From: an uncultured Oligoflexus sp.
GTDB lineage: Bacteria; Bdellovibrionota_B; Oligoflexia; Oligoflexales; Oligoflexaceae
Length of the DNA stretch: 14,359 bases
Direction of reading: 5' to 3'
Assembly (NCBI GenBank): GCA_964236955.1
Contig: CAXSGP010000108.1
Coordinates: forward strand, 1-14,359
Shown here: positions 1 to 7,888 of the stretch, piece by piece
Position numbering within the stretch: position 1 is the first letter of the stretch
How the letters are laid out: each line of letters begins with the position of its first letter
The notes under the pieces: model-generated
What the model was told of the DNA's origin: nothing
What the model saw: only the letters and a program-made list of their open reading frames with translations
Databases searched by the model: none
Position numbers and translations under genes: made by a program

Positions 1-309
1 TTTTTTCACATTTAATTCGTCAAAGTTTCCTTAAATGCTCCAGACGTCCTAGATCAAGAACAAATGATTTTTTGAGCCCTCCAAAAAATACAGCGATTTT
101 AACGAGTTATATAAAAGCTTGAGACGATAATCATTCCATTTACTGTGTCAGAATCGCATTATATTTTTTAACTAAGCTTAAAATACATAACTAATACTGT
201 AAATCGTGTAATGTGGCTCCAGCAACGCAAAATCTTTCTACCTGGGAAAGCTGGCTCTTTACCCAACCCTACATCCTAGAGTTTCATTATAAAAAATTTG
301 GAGTGACCC

Positions 310-3300
310 TTGGATCCATCGTCGACGAAAATTGACAGAGGAGAAAGTCCGAAGCCGGCTTTTGCCAGAGCCTATACCTCTTCCCAACAAGTCTACAATC
401 CCCAGCTCATGGCTGCGATTGTGAACTCAAGCAACTCCGCGATTTTCAGTCTTTCAGCGGATCAAAAGCTTACCAGTTGGAACCGGGCTGCCGAACTCAT
501 TTTCGGATATGATTGGCAAGAGGTGGTGTCGCTGCCCGTTGCCTCCATTTTTCCCGAAGATAAAAGCCAGTTCATGGACTTGGTCGGCCAGGCGGCAGGC
601 GGGACTCCAATCGATGATTTCGACATCAATTTACTGCGAAGTGATGGCCAAAAAATAGTCGTGTCGATATCCATTGCCTTGGCAGATGTCGAGCCCGAGT
701 CTAAAATCATAGCTGTTATCGCTCGTGATATCACCGTGCGACGGCAAATGGAAGAACGGTCTCAGTCGGCGTCGCGATATGCCCGGGAGCTCATCGAAGC
801 GAGCCTTGACCCCCTGGTAACCATCAGCTCCGCCGGAAAGATAACCGACGTAAATGACGCGACTATAAAAATCACAGGTGTCGAACGCGAGGGTTTGATT
901 GGATCCGATTTCGCTGATTATTTCATCGAGCCTGACCTGGCACGGGAAGGCTATAAGGAAGTCTTTGAAAAAGGTTTCGTTACGGACTACCCTCTCACCA
1001 TCCGGCATCGCGAGGGTCAGCTGACCGATGTGCTTTACAATGCTTCAATCTTTCGTGATATCGCAGGGAATGTCCTTGGTGTCTTTGGAGCAGCCCGGGA
1101 TGTAACGTCACAAAAGCAAGCCTCGCAGTATGCACGGAGCCTTATTGAGGCGAGTCTCGATCCACTCGTAACGATCAGCCCTGTAGGCAAAATTACAGAT
1201 GTCAACGAGGCGACAATAAAAATTACCGGAGTCAACCGACAAAATCTTATCGGTACTGACTTTTCGGTGTATTTCACCGAACCGGAGAGAGCGAGAGAGG
1301 GCTATAAACAAGTCTTCGAGCGCGGCTTCGTAACGGATTACCCGCTGACGATTTGCCATGTCGACGGGCGACTCTCCGATGTTCTCTATAACGCTTCGGT
1401 CTACCGGGACACCCGCAACAACGTCCTCGGGGCTTTTGCAGCTGCTCGTGATGTCACCGAACAAAAACAAACGTCCCAGTATGCTCGAAGCCTGATCGAA
1501 GCCAGTCTCGATCCGTTAGTCACCATCAGTCCTGAAGGCAAAATTACTGATGTTAACGAAGCGACAATAAAGATAACAGGAATCAGTCGCGATGGACTGA
1601 TCGGCACTGATTTCTCGGACTATTTTACAGAACCCAATAAAGCCCGTGAAGGCTACAAACAGGTCTTTCAAAAAGGCTTTGTCACCGATTATGCTCTGAC
1701 CATTCGTCATAGGTCTGGCAAGCTTATAGAAGTCCTCTATAACGCATCAGTCTATCGCGATGCTCAGGGCAACGTTTTGGGGGTGTTCGCAGCTGCCCGT
1801 GATGTCACGGAACAAAAGCAAGCTTCTCAGTATGCCCGAAGCCTCCTTGAAGCCAGTCTCGATCCCCTGGTTACCATTAGCCCGACGGGCAAGATAACGG
1901 ATGTTAATGCCGCCGCGACGACCATCACGGGCATGGGTCGTGATAAACTTATCGGAACTGATTTTTCGGATTATTTTACAGAACCAAATAAAGCCCGCGA
2001 TGGCTATAAGCAGGTGTTTGAAAAAGGCTTTGTCACAGACTATCCCCTGACGATCCGTGATAAACTGGGTCGTTTAACAGACGTCTTATACAATGCATCG
2101 GTCTATCGCGATTCCCTGGGCAATGTCCTCGGTGTTTTTGCGGCCGCCCGCGATGTCACAGCCCAGCAGCATGCTTCGCAATATGCCCGGAGTCTCGTGG
2201 AAGCCAGTCTTGATCCCCTCGTCACCATCAGTCCCGAAGGTAAAATCACCGATGTAAATGAGGCCACCATTAAGATTACCGGTGTTGCCCGCGACAATTT
2301 AATTGGGACAGATTTTTCCGATTACTTTACCCAGCCTGATAAAGCTCGGGAGGGTTATAAGCAGGTCTTTGAAAAAGGCTTTGTGACGGATTATCCCCTA
2401 ACGATTCTCCATGTCGGCTCACGGCTGACCGATGTTCTGTACAATGCCTCCGTGTATAAGGATTCGCGTGGTAAAGTGCTGGGCGTCTTCGCTGCGGCGC
2501 GGGATGTCACCGAACAAAAGAAAGCTTCCGGCTATGCGCGAAGTCTCATCGAGGCCAGTCTTGACCCTCTCGTTACGATCAGTCCTGCGGGAAAAATCAC
2601 GGATGTAAACGAAGCCACCACCAGAATCACAGGAATTGAACGCGATAATTTAATCGGGACTGATTTCTCCGATTATTTTACCGAGCAGCATATGGCGCGC
2701 GAAGGTTATAAGCAGGTGTTTGAGATGGGGTTTGTCACCGATTACCCCCTGACAATCCGTCACCACGAGGGCCGGCTGTCGGATGTGCTTTACAATGCTT
2801 CGGTTTATAAAGATTCAAGTGGGAATGTACTGGGCGTTTTTGCGGCGGCCCGCGATGTGACGACTCAAAAACAGGCATCGCAATATACCAGAAGCCTGGT
2901 CGAGGCCAGTCTTGACCCTTTGGTTACCATTAGTACCGAAGGAAAAATCACCGATGTGAATGAAGCCACTGTCAAGGTCACAGGTGTGAACCGGGACCGC
3001 TTGATAGGCACCGATTTTTCAGATTATTTCACCGAACAGGAAAAGGCCCGCGAAGGCTATAAACAGGTCTTTGAGCGAGGCTTTGTTACTGACTATCCCC
3101 TTACGATCCGGCATCGCGACGGGCGATTGACCGATGTCCTTTACAATGCTTCCGTGTACAGGGATTCGCGTGGAAATGTCCAGGGCGTCTTTGCTGCCGC
3201 CCGGGATGTCACCGCACAAAAAAGAGCGGAAGCGGAGGTCACCGATCAGAGAAAAAAGGAACTCGAACGCCTTTACGAATTGGAACGGTTTCAGAAACTG

Positions 3301-3375
3301 ACGGTCGGACGGGAACTTAAAATGATCGAACTTAAAAAAGATATTGAAGAGATGCGTCGTCGGTTACCGGAATGA
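310..3375 (+). CDS. Multi-PAS sensor protein (1 divergent PAS + 7 tandem PAS-PAC repeats + C-terminal coiled-coil tail; no kinase or output domain)
   Basis: 1021-aa ORF with TTG start and GGAG at 300-303 (6-nt spacer). N-terminal PAS (WNRAAELIFGY...ARDIT), then seven copies of YARSLIEASLDPLVTISxxGKITDVN...GVFAAARDVT. No H-box, G-boxes, GGDEF or transmembrane segment. Ends [32 protein letters not shown]. An alternative ATG start at 409 cannot be excluded. Confidence 0.93.
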   Translation: MDPSSTKIDRGESPKPAFARAYTSSQQVYNPQLMAAIVNSSNSAIFSLSADQKLTSWNRAAELIFGYDWQEVVSLPVASIFPEDKSQFMDLVGQAAGGTPIDDFDINLLRSDGQKIVVSISIALADVEPESKIIAVIARDITVRRQMEERSQSASRYARELIEASLDPLVTISSAGKITDVNDATIKITGVEREGLIGSDFADYFIEPDLAREGYKEVFEKGFVTDYPLTIRHREGQLTDVLYNASIFRDIAGNVLGVFGAARDVTSQKQASQYARSLIEASLDPLVTISPVGKITDVNEATIKITGVNRQNLIGTDFSVYFTEPERAREGYKQVFERGFVTDYPLTICHVDGRLSDVLYNASVYRDTRNNVLGAFAAARDVTEQKQTSQYARSLIEASLDPLVTISPEGKITDVNEATIKITGISRDGLIGTDFSDYFTEPNKAREGYKQVFQKGFVTDYALTIRHRSGKLIEVLYNASVYRDAQGNVLGVFAAARDVTEQKQASQYARSLLEASLDPLVTISPTGKITDVNAAATTITGMGRDKLIGTDFSDYFTEPNKARDGYKQVFEKGFVTDYPLTIRDKLGRLTDVLYNASVYRDSLGNVLGVFAAARDVTAQQHASQYARSLVEASLDPLVTISPEGKITDVNEATIKITGVARDNLIGTDFSDYFTQPDKAREGYKQVFEKGFVTDYPLTILHVGSRLTDVLYNASVYKDSRGKVLGVFAAARDVTEQKKASGYARSLIEASLDPLVTISPAGKITDVNEATTRITGIERDNLIGTDFSDYFTEQHMAREGYKQVFEMGFVTDYPLTIRHHEGRLSDVLYNASVYKDSSGNVLGVFAAARDVTTQKQASQYTRSLVEASLDPLVTISTEGKITDVNEATVKVTGVNRDRLIGTDFSDYFTEQEKAREGYKQVFERGFVTDYPLTIRHRDGRLTDVLYNASVYRDSRGNVQGVFAAARDVTAQKRAEAEVTDQRKKELERLYELERFQKLTVGRELKMIELKKDIEEMRRRLPE
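778..3234 (+). repeat. Seven tandem 351-nt (117-aa) PAS-PAC coding repeats
   Basis: The Tyr codon that opens each unit lies at 778, 1129, 1480, 1831, 2182, 2533 and 2884, an exact 351-nt period with no indels. Units 5 and 7 differ at 21 of 117 aa by hand count, while synonymous positions vary extensively. Confidence 0.97.
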
Positions 3376-4478
3376 GTAGTGGGAATCTTGACCTGTTAGC
3401 CGCTGGCCTGATGCCAAAAGACAGCCTTCTCCCATTTGGTCACGATTCATCCATGACCGCAGCCTTGCTCAATATTCTGGAGGATGCGAATTCGGAGAAG
3501 GAGAAACAGCAGGATACTCAGCGGGCCATCATGAATATCGTCGATGATCTGCAGTCCGAACGGGCCCTTTTTCAAGACGCCCAGCGAGCTGCCTTAAATA
3601 TACTTGAGGATTTTACGGTTGAGCGTGAGCGCTTGGAACTGATGCAAAAGGCCGTGTTGAATATTTTAGAGGATTTTGATGCTGAGCGGACGAAAGTCGA
3701 GAGTATCAATTATAGTCTTCGCACCGAGGTCGAAGAGCGTATTGCTGCAGAAAAAGAAATTGTGAAGAAAAGCCTGGCCTTGAGCCGTTCCAACAGCGAA
3801 CTGGAACAGTTTGCCTTTATCGCTTCGCATGATCTACAGGCGCCCTTGCGGACGATTTCAAGCTTTATCGAGATCATAGGCGATAAGGTGGACAGTAAAA
3901 ATGACGAAACAATGAATCGTCACATGGGCTTTGTCCAAGGCGGCGTTACACGGATGCAGAGCCTTATCAAGGCTCTGCTCGAGTATTCCCGGGTCGGGCG
4001 CGAGGCGCTTCCGTTTCGCAATATGTCGAGTGCCAAGATCTGCGAGGCAGTTATGAAGGACCTGACAGCCTTGATGGAAGAATGCGAGGCCATTGTTACC
4101 TTCGATGACCTACCCACAGTTTATGGGGATTACACTATGCTTCGGCAACTTTTTCAAAACCTTATCGGTAACGCAATCAAGTTCCGGGGTGACCGTCCGC
4201 CCGTCGTTAAGGTCACAGCCTGTCAGAAGGGCGATCACTGGCAATTCAGTGTAATTGATAACGGCATTGGCATCAATGCTGCCCATAGCAGCCGCCTTTT
4301 TACGATCTTTCAACGTCTGAATGCCGGCGAGAAATATCCCGGGACAGGGATAGGTCTCGCTATCTGTAAAAAAATAGTCGAATTCCATGGCGGCAAAATA
4401 TGGCTCGATTCTGATAACCCGATCGGCGGGACTGTATTCTCCTTTATTTTACCGGATCGAGTGGGAGCCCATCGATGA
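3372..4478 (+). CDS. Sensor-less histidine kinase (Cph1/bacteriophytochrome-type HisKA + HATPase_c) with N-terminal 21-aa helical repeats
   Basis: H-box [18 protein letters not shown] (His153, 3828-3830), N-box [14 protein letters not shown]1 DNGIGI, F-box LFTIFQRL, G2 [17 protein letters not shown] overlap with the upstream stop. No PAS, GAF or transmembrane region. Confidence 0.95.
   Translation: MSSGNLDLLAAGLMPKDSLLPFGHDSSMTAALLNILEDANSEKEKQQDTQRAIMNIVDDLQSERALFQDAQRAALNILEDFTVERERLELMQKAVLNILEDFDAERTKVESINYSLRTEVEERIAAEKEIVKKSLALSRSNSELEQFAFIASHDLQAPLRTISSFIEIIGDKVDSKNDETMNRHMGFVQGGVTRMQSLIKALLEYSRVGREALPFRNMSSAKICEAVMKDLTALMEECEAIVTFDDLPTVYGDYTMLRQLFQNLIGNAIKFRGDRPPVVKVTACQKGDHWQFSVIDNGIGINAAHSSRLFTIFQRLNAGEKYPGTGIGLAICKKIVEFHGGKIWLDSDNPIGGTVFSFILPDRVGAHR
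3456..3707 (+). repeat. Four tandem 63-nt (21-aa, three-heptad) 'AxxNILED' repeats
   Basis: [21 protein letters not shown] / [21 protein letters not shown] / [21 protein letters not shown] / [21 protein letters not shown]. Ala3, Asn6, Ile7, Asp10 and Glu14 are invariant, followed by K/R at position 15. Confidence 0.92.
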
Positions 4479-4975
4479 TCGTTTATGGTGCAGAAGAAGC
4501 AAAGCAACGTCCAGTCGTTATTCTCCTTGCTGAGGACGAGCCCGGCGATCGTGAGCTTATGGCTATTGCTCTGACCCAGCAGTCTCGGGCGATCGATATG
4601 CAAACAGTAGTCGATGGTGTGGAAGCTATCGAGTTTCTCCGAAGGATTGAGCCCTATGGCACGGCTCCCCGGCCTGATCTCATCATTCTCGATTTGAATC
4701 TGCCCCTGAAAGACGGGCGCCAGGTGCTTAAGGAAATCAAACACGATGAAAACCTAAAAGACATTCCAGTGGTGATTCTCAGCACGTCTTATCATGAAGT
4801 CGATATTTCGGAATCCTATCGGGAGGGAGCCAGTTCCTATCTGGTAAAGCCCGGCAACTTCCGTGACTTTGTCAAAGTCGTTAAGGTCTTCCAAGAATAT
4901 TGGTTATCCACAGTAACACTGCCTAGGCGTTATGAGTTGTCAAACACCTTAACAATCGAGGAAGGATACGCATGA
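4475..4975 (+). CDS. Single-domain response regulator, Rcp1-like receiver
   Basis: ILLAEDE acidic pocket, PRPDLIILDLNLP (Asp73, 4691-4693), IPVVILSTS, SYxxGASSYLVKP. This is the Rcp1-type pattern, directly after a Cph1-type kinase. ATGA overlap, with GGGAG upstream. Confidence 0.94.
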   Translation: MIVYGAEEAKQRPVVILLAEDEPGDRELMAIALTQQSRAIDMQTVVDGVEAIEFLRRIEPYGTAPRPDLIILDLNLPLKDGRQVLKEIKHDENLKDIPVVILSTSYHEVDISESYREGASSYLVKPGNFRDFVKVVKVFQEYWLSTVTLPRRYELSNTLTIEEGYA

Positions 4976-6972
4976 CCAGACCCCTCGCTGTTCTTCTCGT
5001 TGAAGATTCCGCCGCCGACGCTGAAGAAATTATCCATGTGCTAAAGGTTGGTGGATTTGCCGCGAGCTGGCAGCGGGTGGAAAATGAGTTGTCGATGCGG
5101 ACGGCGCTCCTCAGTGAACGATGGGATATAGTGATCGCCGACCATCTCATGCCCGAATTCAGCAGTACCGCAGCACTCCAAACTCTTCAAACTCTAGGCC
5201 TCGATATTCCTTTTATTATCGTCTCGGGCGCCGCTGGAGACGAACTGGCAATGACGGCCATGAAGGCTGGAGCGAGTGATTTCCTGCAAAAGAGCAGCCT
5301 GCGTCGTCTGATTCCCGTGATCGAGCGTGAACTCGTTGAATTCCGCAATCGTGGCGAGCGGGATTTAGCTTTGAAAAAACTTCAGGAGTCGGAAGAGCGA
5401 TTTCGCCTCATCGTTGAAAGCGCCCATGACTACGCTATTTTCATGCTCGATAAAACTGGGAATATAGTCACTTGGAATATAGGCGCCAGTCGTATGTTTG
5501 GCTACCCCATGCTTGCCGCGATTGGAATGCATATTTCCCAGCTCTACCCCGACCAAAAATTACCTCTCGCGCCAGCGGGTGAGCAGCTGGCGGCGCTTCC
5601 TAATCAGTCAGAAGAAATCCTTCTCTTAAAGCAGGATGGGAGCTCATTCTGGACTCACTCCAGGACCGTGCCGATGAACGGTGCGGATGACCTCTTGATT
5701 GGGTATTCGCAAATGATTCGGGACATCGACCAGCGTGTCCAGATGGATATTGCATTGGCCGCCGCCCGACTCGATGCGGATGCCTCTGCAATGGCCAAAA
5801 CAGCATTTCTGGCCAATATCAGTCATGAAATTCGCACCCCGCTAAATGCTGTTCTTGGCTTTGCAGCCCTGATCGATCTGGAAGAAACCTCGGCTGCCGA
5901 GCGCACATCTTATGTCAAGACGATAACGCGGAACGGTATTGAGGTTTGCCGGCTTTTAGACGAAATACTTGACCTGTCCAAACTCGAAGCTAAGCTATTC
6001 ACCATCGACAAACAGTGGACTCCGCTTTCGCGTGTCATTGTCGATGTGATTGCCCTTCTCAAAGGCCAGTCGCAAAGCAAGGGTATTGAGCTTAGCTACG
6101 AATGTGAGCCCCATGCACCGATTGATATTTTCACGGACCCGCAACGGCTGAGGCAAATCCTTATCAACGCTATTGGCAACGCGATCAAATTTACCCGAAC
6201 TGGCGAGGTCAAATTATCGGTAAGATGGTTGGCCGACGACAGGGCCAGTGAAATGCTTCAACTCCGGATTATCGACACCGGTTGCGGCATTCCCCAGGAT
6301 CAGCAGCACCGCCTGTTTCAGCCCTTTATGCAGATTGATAATTCGTTTACTCGGGTTCATGGCGGCAGCGGGCTGGGGCTGGCCTTGTCTAAAAGATTGG
6401 CTCAAGCCTTGGGAGGAGACTTTATCCTCGCAAAAAGTGAGGTGGGCGTCGGCAGTGAATTTCAGGTGACAATTGCCACGGGTTCAGAGGCCACTCGGCT
6501 TCATAGCAAAGTGGAAAGCCAGGCCGTGGACATTCCCGAAAATTTAACAAAAAGCATGAATGGCAAAAGTCTGGACGGCATTCGCATTCTGGTCGTCGAA
6601 GACTCCGAAGACAGCCGACGTCTGGTCTCGATTGTCCTCAAGAAATCAGGGGCCATTGTTGATCTCGCTAAAAACGGCGAAGAGGGCGTGGCCATGGCCA
6701 GCCGCAACGTGCATGACATTGTCCTTATGGATATCCAAATGCCGCTCATAGACGGCTATCTCGCGACAGCTACCCTTCGCCAAGGGGGATTTAGCAAGCC
6801 GATCATAGCCCTGACTGCCCATGCCATTGCCGAGGAGCGCGAGCGTTGCATGCAGGCAGGTTTTGATGATTTCCTATCAAAACCTGTGCCATTGAAAGAA
6901 CTCGTGCCGATGGTCGTTTCCCACGTAAAATCGAGGCTGGATCAATTGAACGCCGCAGTCGTTGAAGTTTAG
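4972..6972 (+). CDS. Hybrid histidine kinase REC-PAS-HisKA-HATPase_c-REC
   Basis: N-terminal REC (LLVEDS, IVIAD57, IIVSG, DFLQK). PAS (AIFMLDKTGNIVTWNIGA...RDI). H-box FLANISHEIRTPLN (His285), N-box NAIGNAIKFT, DTGCGI, GGSGLGL. C-terminal REC (LVVEDS, LMD587IQMP, ALTA, FLSKP). RBS GAGGAAGGA and ATGA overlap. Confidence 0.95.
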   Translation: MTRPLAVLLVEDSAADAEEIIHVLKVGGFAASWQRVENELSMRTALLSERWDIVIADHLMPEFSSTAALQTLQTLGLDIPFIIVSGAAGDELAMTAMKAGASDFLQKSSLRRLIPVIERELVEFRNRGERDLALKKLQESEERFRLIVESAHDYAIFMLDKTGNIVTWNIGASRMFGYPMLAAIGMHISQLYPDQKLPLAPAGEQLAALPNQSEEILLLKQDGSSFWTHSRTVPMNGADDLLIGYSQMIRDIDQRVQMDIALAAARLDADASAMAKTAFLANISHEIRTPLNAVLGFAALIDLEETSAAERTSYVKTITRNGIEVCRLLDEILDLSKLEAKLFTIDKQWTPLSRVIVDVIALLKGQSQSKGIELSYECEPHAPIDIFTDPQRLRQILINAIGNAIKFTRTGEVKLSVRWLADDRASEMLQLRIIDTGCGIPQDQQHRLFQPFMQIDNSFTRVHGGSGLGLALSKRLAQALGGDFILAKSEVGVGSEFQVTIATGSEATRLHSKVESQAVDIPENLTKSMNGKSLDGIRILVVEDSEDSRRLVSIVLKKSGAIVDLAKNGEEGVAMASRNVHDIVLMDIQMPLIDGYLATATLRQGGFSKPIIALTAHAIAEERERCMQAGFDDFLSKPVPLKELVPMVVSHVKSRLDQLNAAVVEV

Positions 6973-7001
6973 GGCGGCGGGACTATGGCTTCGCTTACGC
7001 C
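6973..7001 (+). terminator. Possible imperfect terminator hairpin after the operon
   Basis: GGCG(6973-6976) pairs with CGCC(6998-7001), and GCGGG with TTCGC using G-U pairs. AT-rich sequence follows, but there is no clean U-tract. Confidence 0.25.
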
Positions 7002-7427
7002 TATTAACGTTAAGTTAACCGTTTTGCAAAAAGCACCTTATTTATTTTTTCTCCGTTTTTTCCTAAAACGATGAAGCACATCTTATTAAGTCCTTTCATT
7101 TTGCGTACCTATAAGAAATCATACCGAGCCGGCCTTGTCGTTTCCTAGCTGCATGGCCATTCATGAGTTTCAATTCGCCAATCTTTTCGGCTAAAGAAGA
7201 TAAGTCGTGGGCTGTCGAATCCCGCCATCCCCTGCCAACTTTAGCAGGCCAGGGCTTGGCCTGTTTTGGAAACCAATTCAGAGGATGAACCTGACATTTC
7301 GTAAGGATTTGCAATCAACCGTTTCTGGTCAATTCAATTCAAAGAGCTTCTAAAGTAACGGTCCAGATGAAATGAACTGTCGATAACAGACTCTTGCCAT
7401 TTTTTTTTAGAGGGTGGGCCAGGCTAT

Positions 7428-7850
7428 ATGAAGATAAGCTTCGAAGAAATGTTTACCAAACTCGCCTCTAAGGCTTCCACCTGGATGGGCAGACCCTGGG
7501 CTTTTTTGATTGCCCTTCTTATGGTGGTAATTTGGGGTGCTTCCGGTCCCATTTTTCAATACTCCGATACTTGGGAATTAATTATTAATACGGCCACCAC
7601 GATCATTACCTTTCTGATGGTGTTTCTTATTCAAAATACCCAGAACCGCGACGCCCAGGCGATTCATCTTAAGCTGGATGAACTCATTCTTGCCGAAAAG
7701 TTGGCAAATAATGCCATGATTGATGCTGAGAATATGAGTAGTGAAAAGTTGCAGGAATTAGCAAAGCATTACCAGACCCTTTGTCAAACGGCATCCCAAC
7801 TGAGCAAGGAAAAAAATAAGGACAAATCTAAAAGTTCCTCAATGCCATGA
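7428..7850 (+). CDS. Low-affinity iron permease family (Fet4-like) small membrane protein
   Basis: Two hydrophobic segments and the family signature GPIFQYSDTWELIINTATTIITFLMVFLIQNTQNRDAQAIHLKLDELI. Confidence 0.9.
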   Translation: MKISFEEMFTKLASKASTWMGRPWAFLIALLMVVIWGASGPIFQYSDTWELIINTATTIITFLMVFLIQNTQNRDAQAIHLKLDELILAEKLANNAMIDAENMSSEKLQELAKHYQTLCQTASQLSKEKNKDKSKSSSMP

Positions 7851-7853
7851 CGC

Positions 7854-7888
7854 AAAAAAAATAAAATCGAGGAGGCCTCCTTGGCGAT
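7854..7888 (-). terminator. Candidate intrinsic terminator (minus-strand orientation, possibly bidirectional)
   Basis: Palindrome AGGAGGCCTCCT (7870-7881), extendable by G-U pairs or ATCG/CGAT. It is preceded on the + strand by AAAAAAAATAAAA (7854-7866), which is a U-tract after the stem on the - strand. Confidence 0.45.

Noticed and set aside
462..3219. Recurring minus-strand ORFs (…TSVILP…RLASIRLRAY…)
   Set aside because: These are antisense shadows of the PAS repeats. They recur with the 351-nt period and are interrupted by stops in different units.
778..3234. Repeat array as CRISPR, DGR template/variable repeats or an assembly artefact
   Set aside because: The units are contiguous coding repeats without spacers. 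Differences are mostly synonymous and not adenine-specific, there is no cas or reverse transcriptase gene, and no two units are identical.
3240..3375. Sensor and kinase as one gene broken by a frameshift, or fused by programmed frameshifting
   Set aside because: The kinase frame has stops at 3318-3320, 3333-3335 and 3345-3347, so fusion would need a shift within 3348-3372, which has no slippery run. The junction is a clean ATGA overlap like the other two. A read-level check is still advisable.
3372..4478. Calling the kinase a phytochrome (cph1/bphP)
   Set aside because: Only the transmitter is Cph1-like. There is no PAS-GAF-PHY module or bilin-binding motif in this gene or the upstream one.
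7096..7314. 72-aa minus-strand intergenic ORF
   Set aside because: TTG start without an evident RBS and no recognisable motif. It cannot be supported, though it is not strictly excluded.
7351..7386. Second sigma28-like promoter (TAAAG ... GTCGATAA) before the permease
   Set aside because: The spacing between TAAA and the -10-like element is 24 nt, far from 15-16.
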